Shown: piece after piece, positions 13,514-28,727 of the stretch
Numbering within the stretch: the first letter of the stretch is position 1
Layout: each line of letters opens with the position of its first letter
Assembly: GCA_965153355.1 (NCBI GenBank)
Contig: OZ231126.1
Span: 30,752,001 to 30,816,000 of the forward strand
Direction: 5' to 3'
Length of the DNA: 64,000 bases
DNA from: Flaccisagitta enflata
Taxonomy: Eukaryota
Made by a program: the position numbers and the translations under genes
The notes under the pieces: generated by a model
What the model was told of the DNA's origin: nothing
Databases searched by the model: none
Seen by the model: only the letters and a program-made list of their open reading frames with translations

Positions 13514-14290
13514 CAGGGTGTTTCAAGTGAGTTGTAACATAAAGAATCAACATATCTCTGCTTCTATGTACCCAAATTAATTTCTGAAAAAAGATTTAGA
13601 AAGATCTTGGTCCCCACTTTTTTTCATTCCAAACCTCATCATGTCTTAATGAATAGGTTGGTGTCCGTAAAATATCAAAAGAAAGGTAGTTTTTAGTGGG
13701 AATTCATCTTTTTCATACATGTACATAGCACTAACTGACTTTAACTGTTTGCTATCTGTAAACAAATTAAGCTAAAATCTTGGGATTTGTGTCAGATGAT
13801 AGATAATTGAACATAGATTGCTTATCTGCTTTGAAATAAGAAAAATTTTGGAAATTTAAGGACTTTTTTGATAGTCTTTGGCAAACATCCTTTCAGTTTT
13901 GATTGTGATTTTGAAAAAAAGTCAAAAAGAATATTTTTAAAATTCAAAAACTACCTAATTTTTTAGAACATCCAAAATCTATGACAAATTATCTGTCATT
14001 TGAGACCAATCCCGAGGTTCTAGCTCGATTTGTAAAAGAATGACGGGCAGTTTAAGATAGCTACTTTTTTGTGAAGTAAAGAAATAAAGAACAAAAAATT
14101 ATAACATTAGAAATCATATATGTTCTTTAAAGATATGTGGCTCTTAAACAAATAGACCGATCATTATGAAATTTAATATGAAAAAAGTGGGGACCAAGAT
14201 CTTCATAGATCTTTTTTCAGAAATTGATTTGGGTACTTAGAAGCAGAAATATATAGATTCTTTATGTTACAACTCACTTGAAACACCCTG
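13514..14290. mobile_element. mariner-type foldback MITE with long TIRs
   Basis: TA-CAGGGTGTTTCAAGTGAGTTGTAACATAAAGAATC ... GATTCTTTATGTTACAACTCACTTGAAACACCCTG-TA; arms extend more than 100 bp. Confidence 0.9.
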
Positions 14291-14324
14291 TATGTCTTTT
14301 CAGCTTTTCTAAGTTCTCTGGAGT

Positions 14325-15296
14325 GATGGGATTCCTGACTTTTCCAGCGATTTTTTTTGTGTTTCGTTTTGCTATGTTTACACTTTTAGCGCCAAAGGGA
14401 TTTAATAAATCATAAAGAATTGGTGATATAAATGTAGCTCTTAAAATTTGCAAGCAGCCTACGCAAATCGCGTCTGTTTAGCCCAATGCGTTTAGAAATA
14501 ATTTAAAAAAAACGAAGTGTTATCATTTGAAGATTGTTTGGAAATGGCAAATGCAATATTGAAACATTTCATTTAAAGTAGCATGGCTCATAGCATTTAA
14601 TATAAGAGGACATTTAATATTTTCCCATTGTCTGCTGACTCATTAGGTATGCATACGTCCAAACTGGGTAAAGAAAATCTGATCCATATGTCCCTCAATT
14701 AGCTAAGTTCAATTTTCTGCGTTTACGGAAGGGAACAGAAATCTGAAGGAAACTTTTCAATTCATGTAACTTCCTCAAACTCCCTACTGGGCCACAACCA
14801 CGCGATCAAAAATGCTCGACAGGGCCCTGTAGAATTAAGCATAGTTCATGAAGGAGATAAATGCGGTAAAAGTTCGGGCTGACACCTCACATAAAGCTGT
14901 ATCATATAAAGCACACAATGAAGGAGGAATCGTCATAGTGACTCCCGGGAAGGAAAAATACTCAAGCTATCATAAAAAATCGATGACGACGTCTTTCTCT
15001 TCCCCATAGCATCACAATCTTTGTCTGCAATGGGTGACGCCATGACAGGGCAAAACACACTTTTGACAGAGGGCTTTTGATGAAAAAAAACAAAAGACAA
15101 AACGCATCGCTATTTAAAGTTGAATAACTTTTTAATGGATTAGGCTAGAGAGATGCGGTTGGCGTAGATTGCTTGCAAATTTGAAGAGCTTTAATAACCT
15201 CACTGATTTTTTGATGATTTTTCTATTTTAGTTGGAGATATACATGTAAATGTGTGGAAACTTTTTTATTTCTAAGATAGTAGATCCTGACCCATC
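14325..15296. mobile_element. unclassified MITE with subterminal inverted repeats
   Basis: GATGGG...CCCATC ends; about 55-bp inverted blocks near 14436 and 15140-15190; no clear TSD. Confidence 0.45.
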
Positions 15297-15320
15297 GGGC
15301 TCGGATCCTAGCCCTCAAGA

Positions 15321-15642
15321 CAGGGGTGTATAAAATCGAGCAGCTTTTGATTTCTTTTCCCCCCCCCCCTCTGGTCTTTGATTTCCCTCCCCGCCCAGTC
15401 CAAAAAATCTTTTGATTTTCTACCCCATAGAGTTTAAATACAGTATGAATATAGTTAGAATAGTGTAAAATTGTGTTGTAGTAATCAAATACTACCTTTT
15501 GTAGCTGCCAACGGTGTAAAATCTTTTAAAATTTTGGTTTTTTTTCTTTTGCACTCTTTAATGTTCTTCCCCATCTCCAAACCCTTTGATTTTATTCCCC
15601 CCCCCCCCCATCGGGGGAGATACTCAACTATATGCACCCCTG
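15321..15642. mobile_element. hAT-type MITE
   Basis: CAGGGGTG...CACCCCTG TIR; degenerate 8-bp TSD CCTCAAGA/CCTCATGT. Confidence 0.7.
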
Positions 15643-15712
15643 CCTCATGTGTTTGGACTGTTGCAGGGGGACCCTTGGCCCCATACTCTCTATGTATGTG
15701 TATGGGTGTGTA

Positions 15713-16225
15713 CAGTAGATCTCGTCTAGACTTGAGATAACGGGGGCAAGCATCGTGGAAAGACAAATGAAAGCAGGGGAGCGATATTTGGAACATAGAC
15801 TAATCAACGGATGCTTAATTCCCCATGATAGCTGGTTGCCATGGAAACACATTTCCATGTATTCTCGCTAAAGTATCAATAATTTGAGAGATTTTTTTAG
15901 GGAACATTGCTTAAAATAAAATTTGCTACAACTTTCCCACAGTATGTTCTGTAAGAATGTTGCTCGCTTGGCTGTTGCTAGGGAGCGTATCCATGTGACA
16001 ACCCCTAGGGCTAAATGAGCTAACATTCTTAAGAACTATACTGTGGGAAAGTTATATCATTTTAACAATGTTCCCTAAATCTCTCAAAGTAATGTGCTGT
16101 AAATGGAAATGTGTTTCCATAGCATTATGGGCAGTAAGCGTATGTTGTTAGTCTATATTTGAAATATGCATGCGTTGTGCATTTGTCTTATGCATTTGCT
16201 CAGGTTATTACAAGCTGTTTCTATA
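15713..16225. mobile_element. palindromic TA-flanked MITE (copy 1, right end decayed)
   Basis: TA-CAGTAGATCTCGTCTAGACTTGAGATAACGGGGGCAAGCA; homologous to 19706-20261. Confidence 0.7.
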
Positions 16226-16264
16226 TCTCTATATATGGTACATATAGCATACTCTCTACTCTCT

Positions 16265-16331
<67 letters not shown>

Positions 16332-16881
16332 TCTATTGCCTTAAAGCCTCTTTGTACAGCTGATTCTTTTCAACGCTTTTTCATCACAAGGATCATCACT
16401 CAACGCATCAACTCTTACTCGTATCATGACTATTTGTTCAATTATTTGTAGCTCATATATCATCTTAGTCAAAACAAACTTCATAGGGACATAAGATCAA
16501 AATTTTGCCAAATATTTGCGGGACATTTGTTCGGATCTAAGCTTATGATTTTTTTTCTTTTACGCTAATTCTTATAAGGGAAAGTATAACTGTTTTTCCA
16601 CCACACATATGATGTATTCTTGATTAAAACAAGTATCAAAACAAGTATTTTTTATTGATTTTTTTAAAGAAATGTCGGAAGTCGTCACCATTCATACTTT
16701 GAAATCAAAATAGAAACTAAAAAGATGCTAAGAATTTTTCCGCATAAAATAAACAAGAATATAAGGTCGTTCCAGCCTCGGAAAAAAAAATCGATGGTAC
16801 ATTGTCCTTCTTAAAAAGAAAATATCTGTGTCTTTAAGATATAAGAGGTCCATTATTAATCCGTCATTGATACTTGAATCA

Positions 16882-17168
16882 AACCAGTCACGAGGGGTCA
16901 CACAACCCCCATCCACACCTTCGCCCACCCCACACACACTGCCACACACAGAAAATCACAATTGCAACATCAAAAATGCGCGTTTTTGCACTTTTCAACT
17001 CGATCATGACGGACAGATGGCCGGATGGATGGACGGACGGATGGATGGATGGACGGACGGGCGGACAGACGGACGGACGGACGGACAAACAGATGGATGG
17101 ATGGACGGTCGGACAGACCAACGAACGGACAGAGCCTCTTAAAGAGTTGTGTGTCCGCAACTAAAAAT
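16882..17168 (-). mobile_element. HINE-like element
   Basis: (GGAC/GGAT)n plus the AGAGTTGTGTGTCCGCAACTAAAAA hairpin end. Confidence 0.6.
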
Positions 17169-17273
17169 GGACAAGGGGGAAGTAGTTCAGTAGTTCAGTA
17201 CTTCAGCAATCGAAAATTGTTAAAGCTACTCATTAAGGTCGAGAAAACCCCTGTTTCTTTTCTATTTCTCTCT

Positions 17274-17480
17274 TTTTTTGTCGCGTGCTACGCGGCTCTA
17301 CACCCCGCTTTTTCCGTCCGTCCGTCGGTTGGTCGGTCGGTCGGTCGGTCCCCTTTTTACTTTTTCGGCGGTTTTGAGCGTTTTGGGCTCACTGCTCCTG
17401 CCCAAATGCTCCGGTGATCTTCTGCATCAATGCCCCTGCCCACCTGCATGCGACTAGGGAAGCCGTGTATCCGGCCTTGA
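17274..17480 (+). mobile_element. short HINE-like element
   Basis: GTCGCGTGCTACGCGGC hairpin, (GTCC/GTCG)n, GCCGTGTATCCGGCCTTG end. Confidence 0.7.
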
Positions 17481-17550
17481 TTCTACTTTTGTGGCCATGG
17501 CTTGCTTAGCCGAGCTCTTTTTTTACTGCCTTCTTTACTTGTTTTTATCT

Positions 17551-17649
<99 letters not shown>

Positions 17650-18253
17650 CTCTCTTTCTTTTCCTTTTTTTCTTATCTTCTAGAAGTAAAAATCTTTTTT
17701 TGTGCATTTGGTCTATATCCGATCTGAAAAGTTCAAAGAAAGGGAAAAGCAAGTTGAACTCCAAGTCCTGATCACCAGGAAAAAAAAGTTATTTATCTTT
17801 CGGAAAATTAACAAAACTGATCGACTTGAAAAGTATAAAGAACGGTAGAAAGGCCCGATCCGCGGGCGGTTGGGCAGGAGCAGTGATGTAACAAACCAAT
17901 AATCAGCTAACCAAAAAGTGTGGCAGACAGAAGGCCGGACCAAAGGACAAACGGACGGACCGACGAAGCAACATTTACAAAGACGCGTACTCAACAAAAA
18001 AGAAAGTAATCACGTTTGCGCTCACATCTGCAACTCATTTTGTTGATTCTCCTTCGAACTCCTTCAATTAAAAAAGACCAAACTGTCTGCAGACACGCCT
18101 GAAATTCATCGGTGTCTGTCCGCCTGAATGCCTGACTGTCTGCCTATCAGTCTTTCTGTTTGTTTGTCTGTCAGTCTGCCTTAATTGGATGCACCTGTAA
18201 TTCGATTTTTGTGTTTTATTGGGTTACGTATGGATGGTCGATTGTTGGTTGTA

Positions 18254-18457
18254 CCACCTAGATCATAAGTTGGTCACCTTATCCTTTTAATTTCATTTTG
18301 AACAAAATAATTTTGATTATGAAAAAGGCCATGAAATTTTGAAATTAAATAAATGTTTTTATCTCTTTTTAATTACTATGTATCTTCAAGCTTAAAAGTA
18401 CTAATACAAAATATAGGTTTAGACCTCATGAAGGTGACAAACTTTTGATCTAGATAG
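18254..18457. mobile_element. small Tc1-type MITE
   Basis: TA-CCACCTAGATCATAAGTTGGTCACCTT ... AAGGTGACAAACTTTTGATCTAGATAG-TA. Confidence 0.7.
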
Positions 18458-18575
18458 TAGACGCCAAATCCAAGCCATGTGCCAGAGAGCACAAGTCATT
18501 ACATATTTTGAAGCCTTAGTCGCTGTTACTATTACATGGTGAGGCAATGAGCGTCATTGACTTCTGCGACTATAG

Positions 18576-18765
18576 AAACAAGGCCGGATACACGGCTACC
18601 GAAGTCGCGTGCGGATGGGCAGGGGCCATATTTGAGGTCACTAGACCATTTGGGCAGGAGCAGTGAAGTCCAAAAATAAAAATCATAAAAAAAGTGACCA
18701 ACAGACCGACCGACCGACCGACCGACACAACGGGGTGTAGAGTCGCGTGCACGCGACTAAAAAAG
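18576..18765 (-). mobile_element. short HINE-like element
   Basis: AACAAGGCCGGATACACGGC ... (GACC)n ... AGTCGCGTGCACGCGACTAAAA. Confidence 0.75.
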
Positions 18766-18903
18766 TGGATTTATCATTTCAGTGCAACCACGGACAATTG
18801 TACAAAGCTTTTATTATCTCTTTTCAAATGTAAAAAATATTTAATGAATTTATGGTCGTTATTCACATAAAGGTCAAAAATAGAAAGGTTCCTCGTCACT
18901 TTA

Positions 18904-18973
<70 letters not shown>

Positions 18974-19705
18974 AAACACAATGTTTACTTGGGGCGCGTA
19001 ATGTTCATGTTGTTTTATAGCAACTAAACCGTCTGCGGAATAACATGTTGTAGCTCTAAGAAAAGGGGGGTCAAAAGGGCGAGTCCCCTGATACCTATCA
19101 TATTAGGTCTTAAAATGTGCGTATTATCTAGGGGAACACTAATCCAGGTTCATTATACCCAGTTTCAGGTGCTACTTCGTATGTCTCCAAAAAAGTGCCC
19201 AAAATGGTCAAAATTAGCCATTTTTGACCTAGCTTAAACAGTGGGTGGCATGTCATATATAGAAAACTTTTTGTAGACGAAAACTTTTTGTGGACAAAAA
19301 GTTTTCGTAAACTGAAATCCTCAGTCGACTCGAGAAAATTGTTCCTGAAAGATTGTTTTGGTAGTTCCAATCAATACCGAGAAATTGATTCTAAATCGAC
19401 TAACGTTTTGGCTTTCGAATCGCGTGAGGAGATTAATACATCGCGAATGATTCTGTTTATCATTTTTATCATCATGGCTACACTCGACATTGCCGCTTTA
19501 GATGAAACAAAGAACACACACACACGCACGCACGCACGCACGCACGCAGACAGACAGACAGACAAACAAGACCGGATACATTGTAAGGCAGTCTTGGTTG
19601 AAAAAAAATGTCGCCATTAATACAGAAAAACAGAATGAAAACAGAAGAGAGAGACCTAGAAATTTGTGCTCTGCTCCAGGCAGTCACCACAGATAAAGGA
19701 AGACA

Positions 19706-20261
19706 ATGATAGATCTCGTCTAGACTTGAATATGGGCAAGCACTGTGGAAAAGGCAGATAAAGCCAGGGGGCAATATTTGGATCATAGACTAATCAAAAG
19801 ATGTTAATTCCATGATAGTAGTTGCCATGGAAACGCATTTCCATGTATTCTCGCTAAAATATTTATATTTTGAAAGATTTTTTTAGGGAACATTGCTTAA
19901 AATCAAATTTGCTACAACTTTCCCACAGTATGTTCTGTAAGAATGTCGCTCGTTTGGCCGTTGCTAGGGAGCGTATCTATGTGTGACAACCCTTAGCAAC
20001 CGCTAAACGAGCGACATTCTTACAGAACATACTGTGGGAAAGTTATAGCAAATTTAATTTTAAAAAATGTTCCCTCAAAAAATTTCTCAAAATATTGATT
20101 CTTTAGCGTGAATACATGAAAATGTGTTTTCATGGCAACCAGCTATCATGGGCAAAAAAACATCCCTTTATAAGTCTATGTTTCAAATATCACTTGCTTT
20201 GCTTCATTTGTTTTTCTACAATGCTTGCCCCCGTTATCTCTAGTCTAGACGAGATCTACTG
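19706..20261. mobile_element. palindromic foldback MITE (copy 2)
   Basis: AGATCTCGTCTAGACT...AGTCTAGACGAGATCTACTG-TA; arms pair over most of its length. Confidence 0.8.
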
Positions 20262-20269
20262 TATAAAGT

Positions 20270-20495
20270 AGAGAATGGAAGTTTATATCAATACAATTAG
20301 CCTCATCAGAGCGATTTTGGAATTTCATTCCCAGTAAAAAATTATAACAAAAAAACTTATAAAAAATTGCACTTTTAGCATTATTTAAAAAGTGTTAATT
20401 TTGGCTAGTTTTTAAGCTGTAACTTTTTACTGAGATTGAAATTCCAAAATCGCTCTGATGAGGCTAATTGTATTGATGTAAGCTTCCATTCCCTT
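20270..20495. repeat. about 225-bp imperfect palindrome
   Basis: CAATACAATTAGCCTCATCAGAGCGATTTTGGAATTTCA / TGAAATTCCAAAATCGCTCTGATGAGGCTAATTGTATTG. Confidence 0.85.
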
Positions 20496-21410
20496 TCTTA
20501 TATGCCTTTCATCATTCAGCGACTGCGGCTGTAGGGGGGGGTGCTACAGTTTTTGGGGGGTTAACTTCTTGTACTTCACTTTCGTCTGTAAGTGTTATGG
20601 ACCGTCGGACCGACCGACCGACCAATATAGCAAGGTGTAGTCGCGACTAAAAAGAAAGATGCCCCTGCCCACCCGCACGCAACAGATTAGTCTCGCTTAC
20701 TCAATCTCATTATACATGCATATGAAGCATTCAAATTATGAATGCCCTTTTATTTCCATGTCTAAATATCTGTTTCCGTCGCTTATTAGTATCGGTCACA
20801 CAACTCTATAAGAGGCTTTGTCCGTTTGTTGGTCCATCTGTTGGTCCGTGATGATTGCGTTGAAAAGTGTGAAAACGCGAACTTATGACACTGCAGTTAT
20901 GATTGTCCATGTGTGTAAAAGAGCATGAAATGAAAAAGGGTGTGAATGGGGGTTGTATACCTCTGCTTACCAGTCAAACAAAAACAATTAAAAACATGAC
21001 ACCGTGTCAGTTGTTTAAGAAAGCATAAAAATCTTGAGAGCATTTTCAATTCGTAACAAAACGTCACTACAATCAGTACAAATTCTTTGAATGAATAAAT
21101 GGTTCATTGAATCAAATAAGTCTTTCGATGCACGTGATTCTTAATGCTTTGGGTCAGTCATTCCTCATTAGTCGTCTTCGTCGAAGGATTCGAATTGCAA
21201 GAGACTACTTCTTTTTGGTGGCGGTTGTTGCTGTTCCTTTGAGACACCCTGCGGCCCTGCTCGCTGGGATCGCATCCTAGCGTAGGTTGGTGGAACCTTA
21301 AAACAACGATTGGTTGGTAAGGGTGTGTTCCGTTGAAGCTTAACTATCTTATACACATAAATGTTTTCATCATTCCGTTGTTTCTGCGTTACACCAACTG
21401 TACAGCCGTA

Positions 21411-22336
21411 GGGTAGAGTGGGGTAAAATGGGTCAGCGGGGTAAAATGGGTCACTTAACTTTTATTTAAATTCTGAAATAATCTAGTGAAATAAAGCGAA
21501 TTTTTCATCTGTCATGAAAAGAAGGATGCCTTGTGGTACTCCAAGACAAACATTTGCCCCATTTCTTAAATGCACTGATGCGTAATGCAATACAATGTAA
21601 TATTTACAAATGAAAAATTTCGGCGTTGCTGGTCATGAAACCAACTTCTGGTTGCCGTGGAGACCAAATGGAGAAAGAAAATCATTGCCCATCACCTACA
21701 TACTACGGATGGGTGGTCAAACGTGGACAGTGATGTTTTTCAGTTTTTATCTATATTTAGCTAAAAAATTACTTTTTAGTAATGTGGGGTAAAATGGGTC
21801 ACCCTGCTAAAATCACCAAATTTTCGGCAAAAAGCTTGCTATCCCTGCTCTTTGGTTAAAGGACGTGATATAAAGCTAATTTTTCCCATTTTCATATTTT
21901 TCCATCCTTTTTTTAAAGCTTTTTAATTAAAATTTCTGAATTGATGTCAAAACATCATTTGCATATCATTTTATTCAAAACTCAACAATATTTGCCATTT
22001 GATAATACTTTTGGCTCAACTTAAGTATAAAACTATTCTTTTTTTACTAATACGTAAGAATTGATCACTTGAGATAAAAAAATTGTGGATATTACTGAAA
22101 AAAAATTAGGTGACCCACTTTACCCCACCTGGGTGAGGTAAAATGGGTTACTTACCCGTTCACAAAAAAGAGGGCTGCCCCCTACACTGATCTTTTTGGA
22201 GGCAATTTCTTTTTTCGTGGTAGTAGGGGAAACACACAACGTCCATAACCATCTGTAAAATTCTTCATTTTTTAAATAAATTACGCGATATCAAAAAAAC
22301 ATTCGAAAAAGTGACCCATTTTACCCCACTTCACCC
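21411..22336. mobile_element. pogo-type MITE
   Basis: TA-GGGTAGAGTGGGGTAAAATGGGTCA ... TGACCCATTTTACCCCACTTCACCC-TA, with internal copies of the motif. Confidence 0.85.
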
Positions 22337-22490
22337 TATTTCCTGTAATTACCGCCCGGGCGCTTTTGAAAATGAAATGAAACATTGTTATTTTCAACTT
22401 GCAATTTGCGGCCCCCATTCATATATATAATATGATTCACCTCGACTGTAACATATCATGACGGCATTTTATGATGATTGATGCCCGGGA

Positions 22491-23890
22491 TTTTTAGTCG
22501 CGTGCACGCGACTCTACAACCCGCTTTGTCGGTCAGTCGGTTGGTCGGTCGGTCCGTAAAACTTAGCTTTTTTGCGTCGTTTTTGGTCATTTTGGGTTAT
22601 CCGGAGTTATTTCGAGTCATTTTTTAAAGTCTGGTCTAAGTCTGGTCTAAGTCTGGTCTAAGTCTGGTCTAAGTCTGGTCTAAGTCTTGTCTAAGTCTGG
22701 TCTAAGTCTGGTCTAAGTCTGGTCTAAGTCTGGTCTAAGTCTGGTCTAAGTCTGGTCTTAGTCTAGTCTAAGTCTGGTCTAAGTCTGGTCTAAGTCTGGT
22801 TTAAGTCTGGTCTAAGTCTGGTCTAAGTCTGGTCTAAGTCTGGTGTAAGTCTGGTGTAAGTCTGGTCTTAGTCTGGTCTAAGTCTGGTCTAAGTCTGGTC
22901 TAAGTCTGGTCTAAGTCTGGTCTAAGTCTGGTCTAAGTCTGGTCTAAGTCTGGTCTAAGTCTGGTCTAAGTCTGGTCTAAGTCTGGTTTAAGTCTGGTCT
23001 TAGTCTGGTCTTAGTCTGGTCTTAGTCTGGTCTAAGTCTGGTCTAAGTCTGGTCTAAGTCTGGTCTTAGTCTGGTCTTAGTCTGGTCTAAGTCTGGTCTA
23101 AGTCTGGTCTAAGTCAAGTCTAAGTCTGGTCTAAGTCTGGTCTAAGTCTGGTCTTAGTCTGGTCTTAGTCTGGTCTAAGTCTGGTCTAAGTCTGGTCTAA
23201 GTCTGGTCTAAGTCTGGTCTAAGTCTGGTCTAATTCTGGTCTAAGTCTGGTCTAAGTCTGGTCTTAGTCTGGTCTTAGTCTGGTCTTAGTCTGGTCTAAG
23301 TCTGGTCTAAGTCTGGTCTAAGTCTGGTCTAAGTCTGGTCTAAGTCTGGTCTAAGTCTGGTCTAAGTCTGGTCTAAGTCTGGTCTAAGTCTGGTCTAAGT
23401 CTGGTCTTAGTCTGGTCTAAGTCTGGTCTAAGTCTGGTCTTAGTCTGGTCTAAGTCTGGTCTAAGTCTGGTCTAAGTCTGGTCTAAGTCTGGTCTAAGTC
23501 TGGTCTAAGTCTGGTCTAAGTCTGGTCTTAGTCTGGTCTAAGTCTGGTCTAAGTCTGGTCTAAGTCTGGTCTAAGTCTGTTCTAAGTCTGGTCTAAGTCT
23601 GGTCTAAGTCTGGTCTAAGTCTGGTCTAAGTCTGGTCTAAGTCTGGTCTAAGTCTGGTTTAAGTCTGGTTTAAGTCTGGTTTTAGTCTGGTTTTAGTCTG
23701 GTTTTAGTCTGGTTTTAGTCTGGTTTTAGTCTGGTTTTAGTCTAATTTAAGTCTGGTTTAAGTCTGGTTTTAGTCTGATTTAAGTCTGGTTTAAGTCTGG
23801 TAATAAGCCAATAAAGTGATACAATAAGGAGTCAGGTCAATTCAGTTATCTTTGTCTCGCACGCGACTTATAGGTGTTGGCCTTGTTTTT
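22491..23890 (+). mobile_element. HINE-like element carrying an 11-bp satellite
   Basis: AGTCGCGTGCACGCGACT hairpin, (GGTC)n, central array, CGCACGCGACTTATAGGTGTTGGCCTTGTT end. Confidence 0.8.
22627..23800. repeat. tandem array (AAGTCTGGTCT)n, roughly 105 units
   Basis: direct reading; degenerates to TTTAGTCTGGT at the right end. Confidence 0.95.
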
Positions 23891-25785
23891 AGAAAATCTA
23901 AACCCTTAAATTTTTAATGAACCAATAATCATGCTTGGCAAAAAAAGCATTTTTTTGTGACTTTATCAAAAAAATTTTTTCTTGGAATTGCTCTGATTTT
24001 CTAAAAATTTTCACTTTTTGATATCAGATAGGTCTCAAATATGAAATATATTGATGTAGTTTAAGGTAAAAGTGAGAAAAGGTGTAATTGGATACAGTTT
24101 TCCAAAAAAGAGAGAAAAATGCATAATTTGATACAAAGTCTTTTATGTGTAAAAAGTATCAAAATTTGAAAGAAAAGTCTGGGAAATAGTTTATCATAAA
24201 ATGCCAAGCAATTACTTTTCATATATTTTTTTCAGAATTGAACTGTCTCTTTTAGTTTTTGAGCAATGCTGTTGTGAAATGTTAAAGTCGAGATGGATCA
24301 TACTGTACATAAACAATTTTATAAGCTTACTCTTTCATGCCAGAGGGGGCGCTAATTAGAGAGGCGCGATAGATGCAGGAAATACACGGTAATGTACTTA
24401 CAGGGGTGTTAGTTCCTTGTCCCCCATGTGGCAAAAGACCTCGCATTGTAAAAGAGGTTAAGTGGTTGTGAAGCATGGCCAAAGCTGCAATCGAAAGACT
24501 TGTTTCCATTCGCGTGAGGCACTTCACAGACGCTGCGATGGTTAGACTGATTTCCATTTGCACGTGAACTCTGGCTGATGTTGCGATCGAATGCCGTGTT
24601 TCCATGCGTGCGTGAACCTTGACTGATGTTACGATCGAATGATGGATTTCGGTTCGCGCGAGAAGCTTTGCTGACGCATCGATCGAATGACATATATTCG
24701 TTTGCGCCAAAGAAGACTCGCTGAAATGTACAGTAAGCCAGTTAAACTTCAACTTTAACTTAAAGCCTAAAATCACATGCGGGTGAGCACTTTGTCGGCG
24801 TAACATTCAAAGGCACTTAACGTCTCAATCACAGTTAATGACCTACCTTACAGGATCTTATCTTACAAACTCCTGTTTTTTCTGCAACAATCATGTAACG
24901 CGGCGTTACAATATTGTGGCGTACACGCGCGCGCGCAAACACACATGCACCTACTCACTGACACTATCGCACAAATATACAAAAGGCAGGCAAGCATATT
25001 CTCACTTAAACGTTCACGAGCATAGACATGTGACATGCATAAGGTCTGGGCCCAAACAACCACGCACTTTGGGGTGCGCGCCCCCCCCCCCAAGGAAATC
25101 ATTGGAATGCTTAAGTGCAATTACTACAAGCAGACGTAAAGTTTTTACTGCTGTTTTTTGGGCTGCTTATCACAAATGGACGTTTTTCTCTTCTTTCTAC
25201 GTTCTTTACCCCCCCCCCCTCTTCAAGGCCCAAATCCTGGCCTTGAAGCCTTGATATGTGCGTTGAAGCCTAAATCTTTGCCTCTTTGCTCTAATTCCAG
25301 CTTTGTATCTATAATTCTAGCCTTAAAGCTTAATTTCACCCTCAAGGCCAAATAAAAGCCAAAATTTTTGCCTTTTTTACCAAAATGCTAGCCCTTTTGG
25401 GTAGCGGCCTCCAAGGGCCGAAGTAAAGTTTTTTCTGCTGTTCTTTGGGCTGCGGCCTACGTTTTCACAAATGGATATTTTATATCGAATAATATTGAAA
25501 ATAAACAAAAAATTTTTTGGAGAAAAGTCGAAGAATACCTTCGGTAGGGGATGAGCTACAACCTAAGAATTACAAGGCTGGAATCGCATCTCCGTTAGAA
25601 AAAAACTCGCCCCCTGAAGTGTCACGACAGGCGTAAATCACCACCGATCTAGACGTTCTTGGTTTTGTTTGACGGAGATACGATTTTTTTACGCGGCCCT
25701 CTTTAAGTAAGCCAAAATTTTTAAACTTCTTATGGGCCCCTAAGGGTCCCCAAAAAAGCCATCAAAGACAATTTTTTTAAAAAAA

Positions 25786-26150
25786 AATAGGGTGCAAAAG
25801 ATAGGAAATGACTTAATTCGCCTAGATCCAAAATCCTGAAATTTGACTTTTTCAAAAATACTTAGAAATTTTTGTGTCGCAACTTGGGGCCTTCGAAGAA
25901 AAATCACAAAATATTTTTTCGGAAAATGGTCTTCAAAAGTAGGGTGAAATTGATAGGAAATGACCTAATTCGCCTAGATCCAATTCCTGAAAAATACTTT
26001 TTTTTCAAAAATCTTTGAAAATTGTATTTTTGCGTCGGGCCTCTAAAAATTTTCACAAGATATTTTTTTGAAAAATGGTCCTCAATAGTGGGGTGCAATC
26101 AATAGGAAATGACTTAATTCGCTTAGATTCAATACCCAAAAAAATTGAAA
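25786..26150. repeat. three roughly 150-bp tandem units
   Basis: GGGTG..A..GATAGGAAATGACYTAATTCGCYTAGAT recurs near 25790, 25942 and 26090. Confidence 0.75.
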
Positions 26151-26314
26151 TTTGTATTGGGGGGCACTGTCGGTATTTCTTGTTTCTTGTTTGTTTTTTT
26201 TTTTTTTTTTGCGTCAAATGGCTGTTAGTCTTTCTGTCTTCCTCAATTTGTCTCCATCTATTCATATGCGTCTTTTTTCTCCGTCTTTGACTATCTTTCT
26301 CTTTCTGTCTGTTG

Positions 26315-27805
<1,491 letters not shown>

Positions 27806-27881
27806 TGCGACTTTCACTTTGTCTCAATGCCACCCTGTCTGTCTATCTGTGTCTCTCTCTCTCTCTTTGTCTGTCTCTCCC

Positions 27882-28568
27882 CCGACAATTTCTAAGCTCC
27901 TAACCCTGAATGCAAAAGGAAAATGTGATCCTGGGGTAACGAATTGACGAGCGATCTTCTCGATTTCTTCTGGCATCATTACTGTAGGAGCACCATCCGT
28001 TAAAGCTGCTACCACCATTTTGTCACCTCTATTTGGAGTATACTTGAATCCAGTTCCCTTCAAGGTATAAATGGGTTTTACGTCCGCCTGTTTGTCCCTA
28101 ACATTTTGCTTTTTTTTGGGGGGGGGGATATGAAGAGGTTTTCATGTCGTCAATCTTGACGGCCCCTATCTCATGGCCAAAATTGCTTTTAGATGTTTGC
28201 CCCTGCAAACCCGCACGCGATTGTAGGTTTTGACAAGTTTCTGATTTCATTCCATATATGTATCAAAATCTAAAATGCATGAGTGAGGAGTGATTGATTG
28301 TAATAAAAGAAACAAATGAATTACTTGCCCTAACAAAAACTGATTTTAATTCTACTATCAATTTTTGTGATGATATCAGTCACAAAGTGATGTGTCGCGT
28401 ATATTATGATTTTGTTCTTAACCTTTTCTTTACCTCATACTGCGCCATCAAACTGTTCGAAATATTCATCCAAGTCTTCTTGGTACCGATACGCCGTACA
28501 AACACGAAGGTCTCACAATCGTTGGCATTGAGATCCGCCACCTTTTGAAGCAAATGTGAATTTGCTTA

Positions 28569-28618
<50 letters not shown>

Positions 28619-28635
28619 TTCTTTCTTTCTCTTTC

Positions 28636-28727
<92 letters not shown>

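Larger units (their letters stand above)
21403..24389. mobile_element. pogo/Tigger-type non-autonomous element (host of two nested insertions)
   Basis: TA-CAGCCGTA[insert]TTTCCTG ... CAGGAAATACACGG-TA; its removal restores a reading frame. Confidence 0.7.
21168..24720 (-). pseudogene. decayed coding exon with 16-aa repeats, split by a 3-kb nested transposon
   Basis: acceptor TTTCAG before 24720; removing 21403-24389 and one TA joins ORF 24409-24693 to ORF 21168-21356 in frame, with one stop. Confidence 0.55.

Noticed and set aside
16341-16840. Kolobok/piggyBac-like TTAA element
   Set aside because: The ends do not form a convincing TIR
22627-23800. CRISPR-like or telomeric array
   Set aside because: No spacers; the 11-bp satellite lies inside HINE ends in a eukaryotic context
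24327-24806. 159-aa ORF as the real frame of the 48-bp repeat
   Set aside because: It runs into the inserted transposon and stops right after the repaired junction, whereas the alternative frame joins the downstream ORF; not fully excluded
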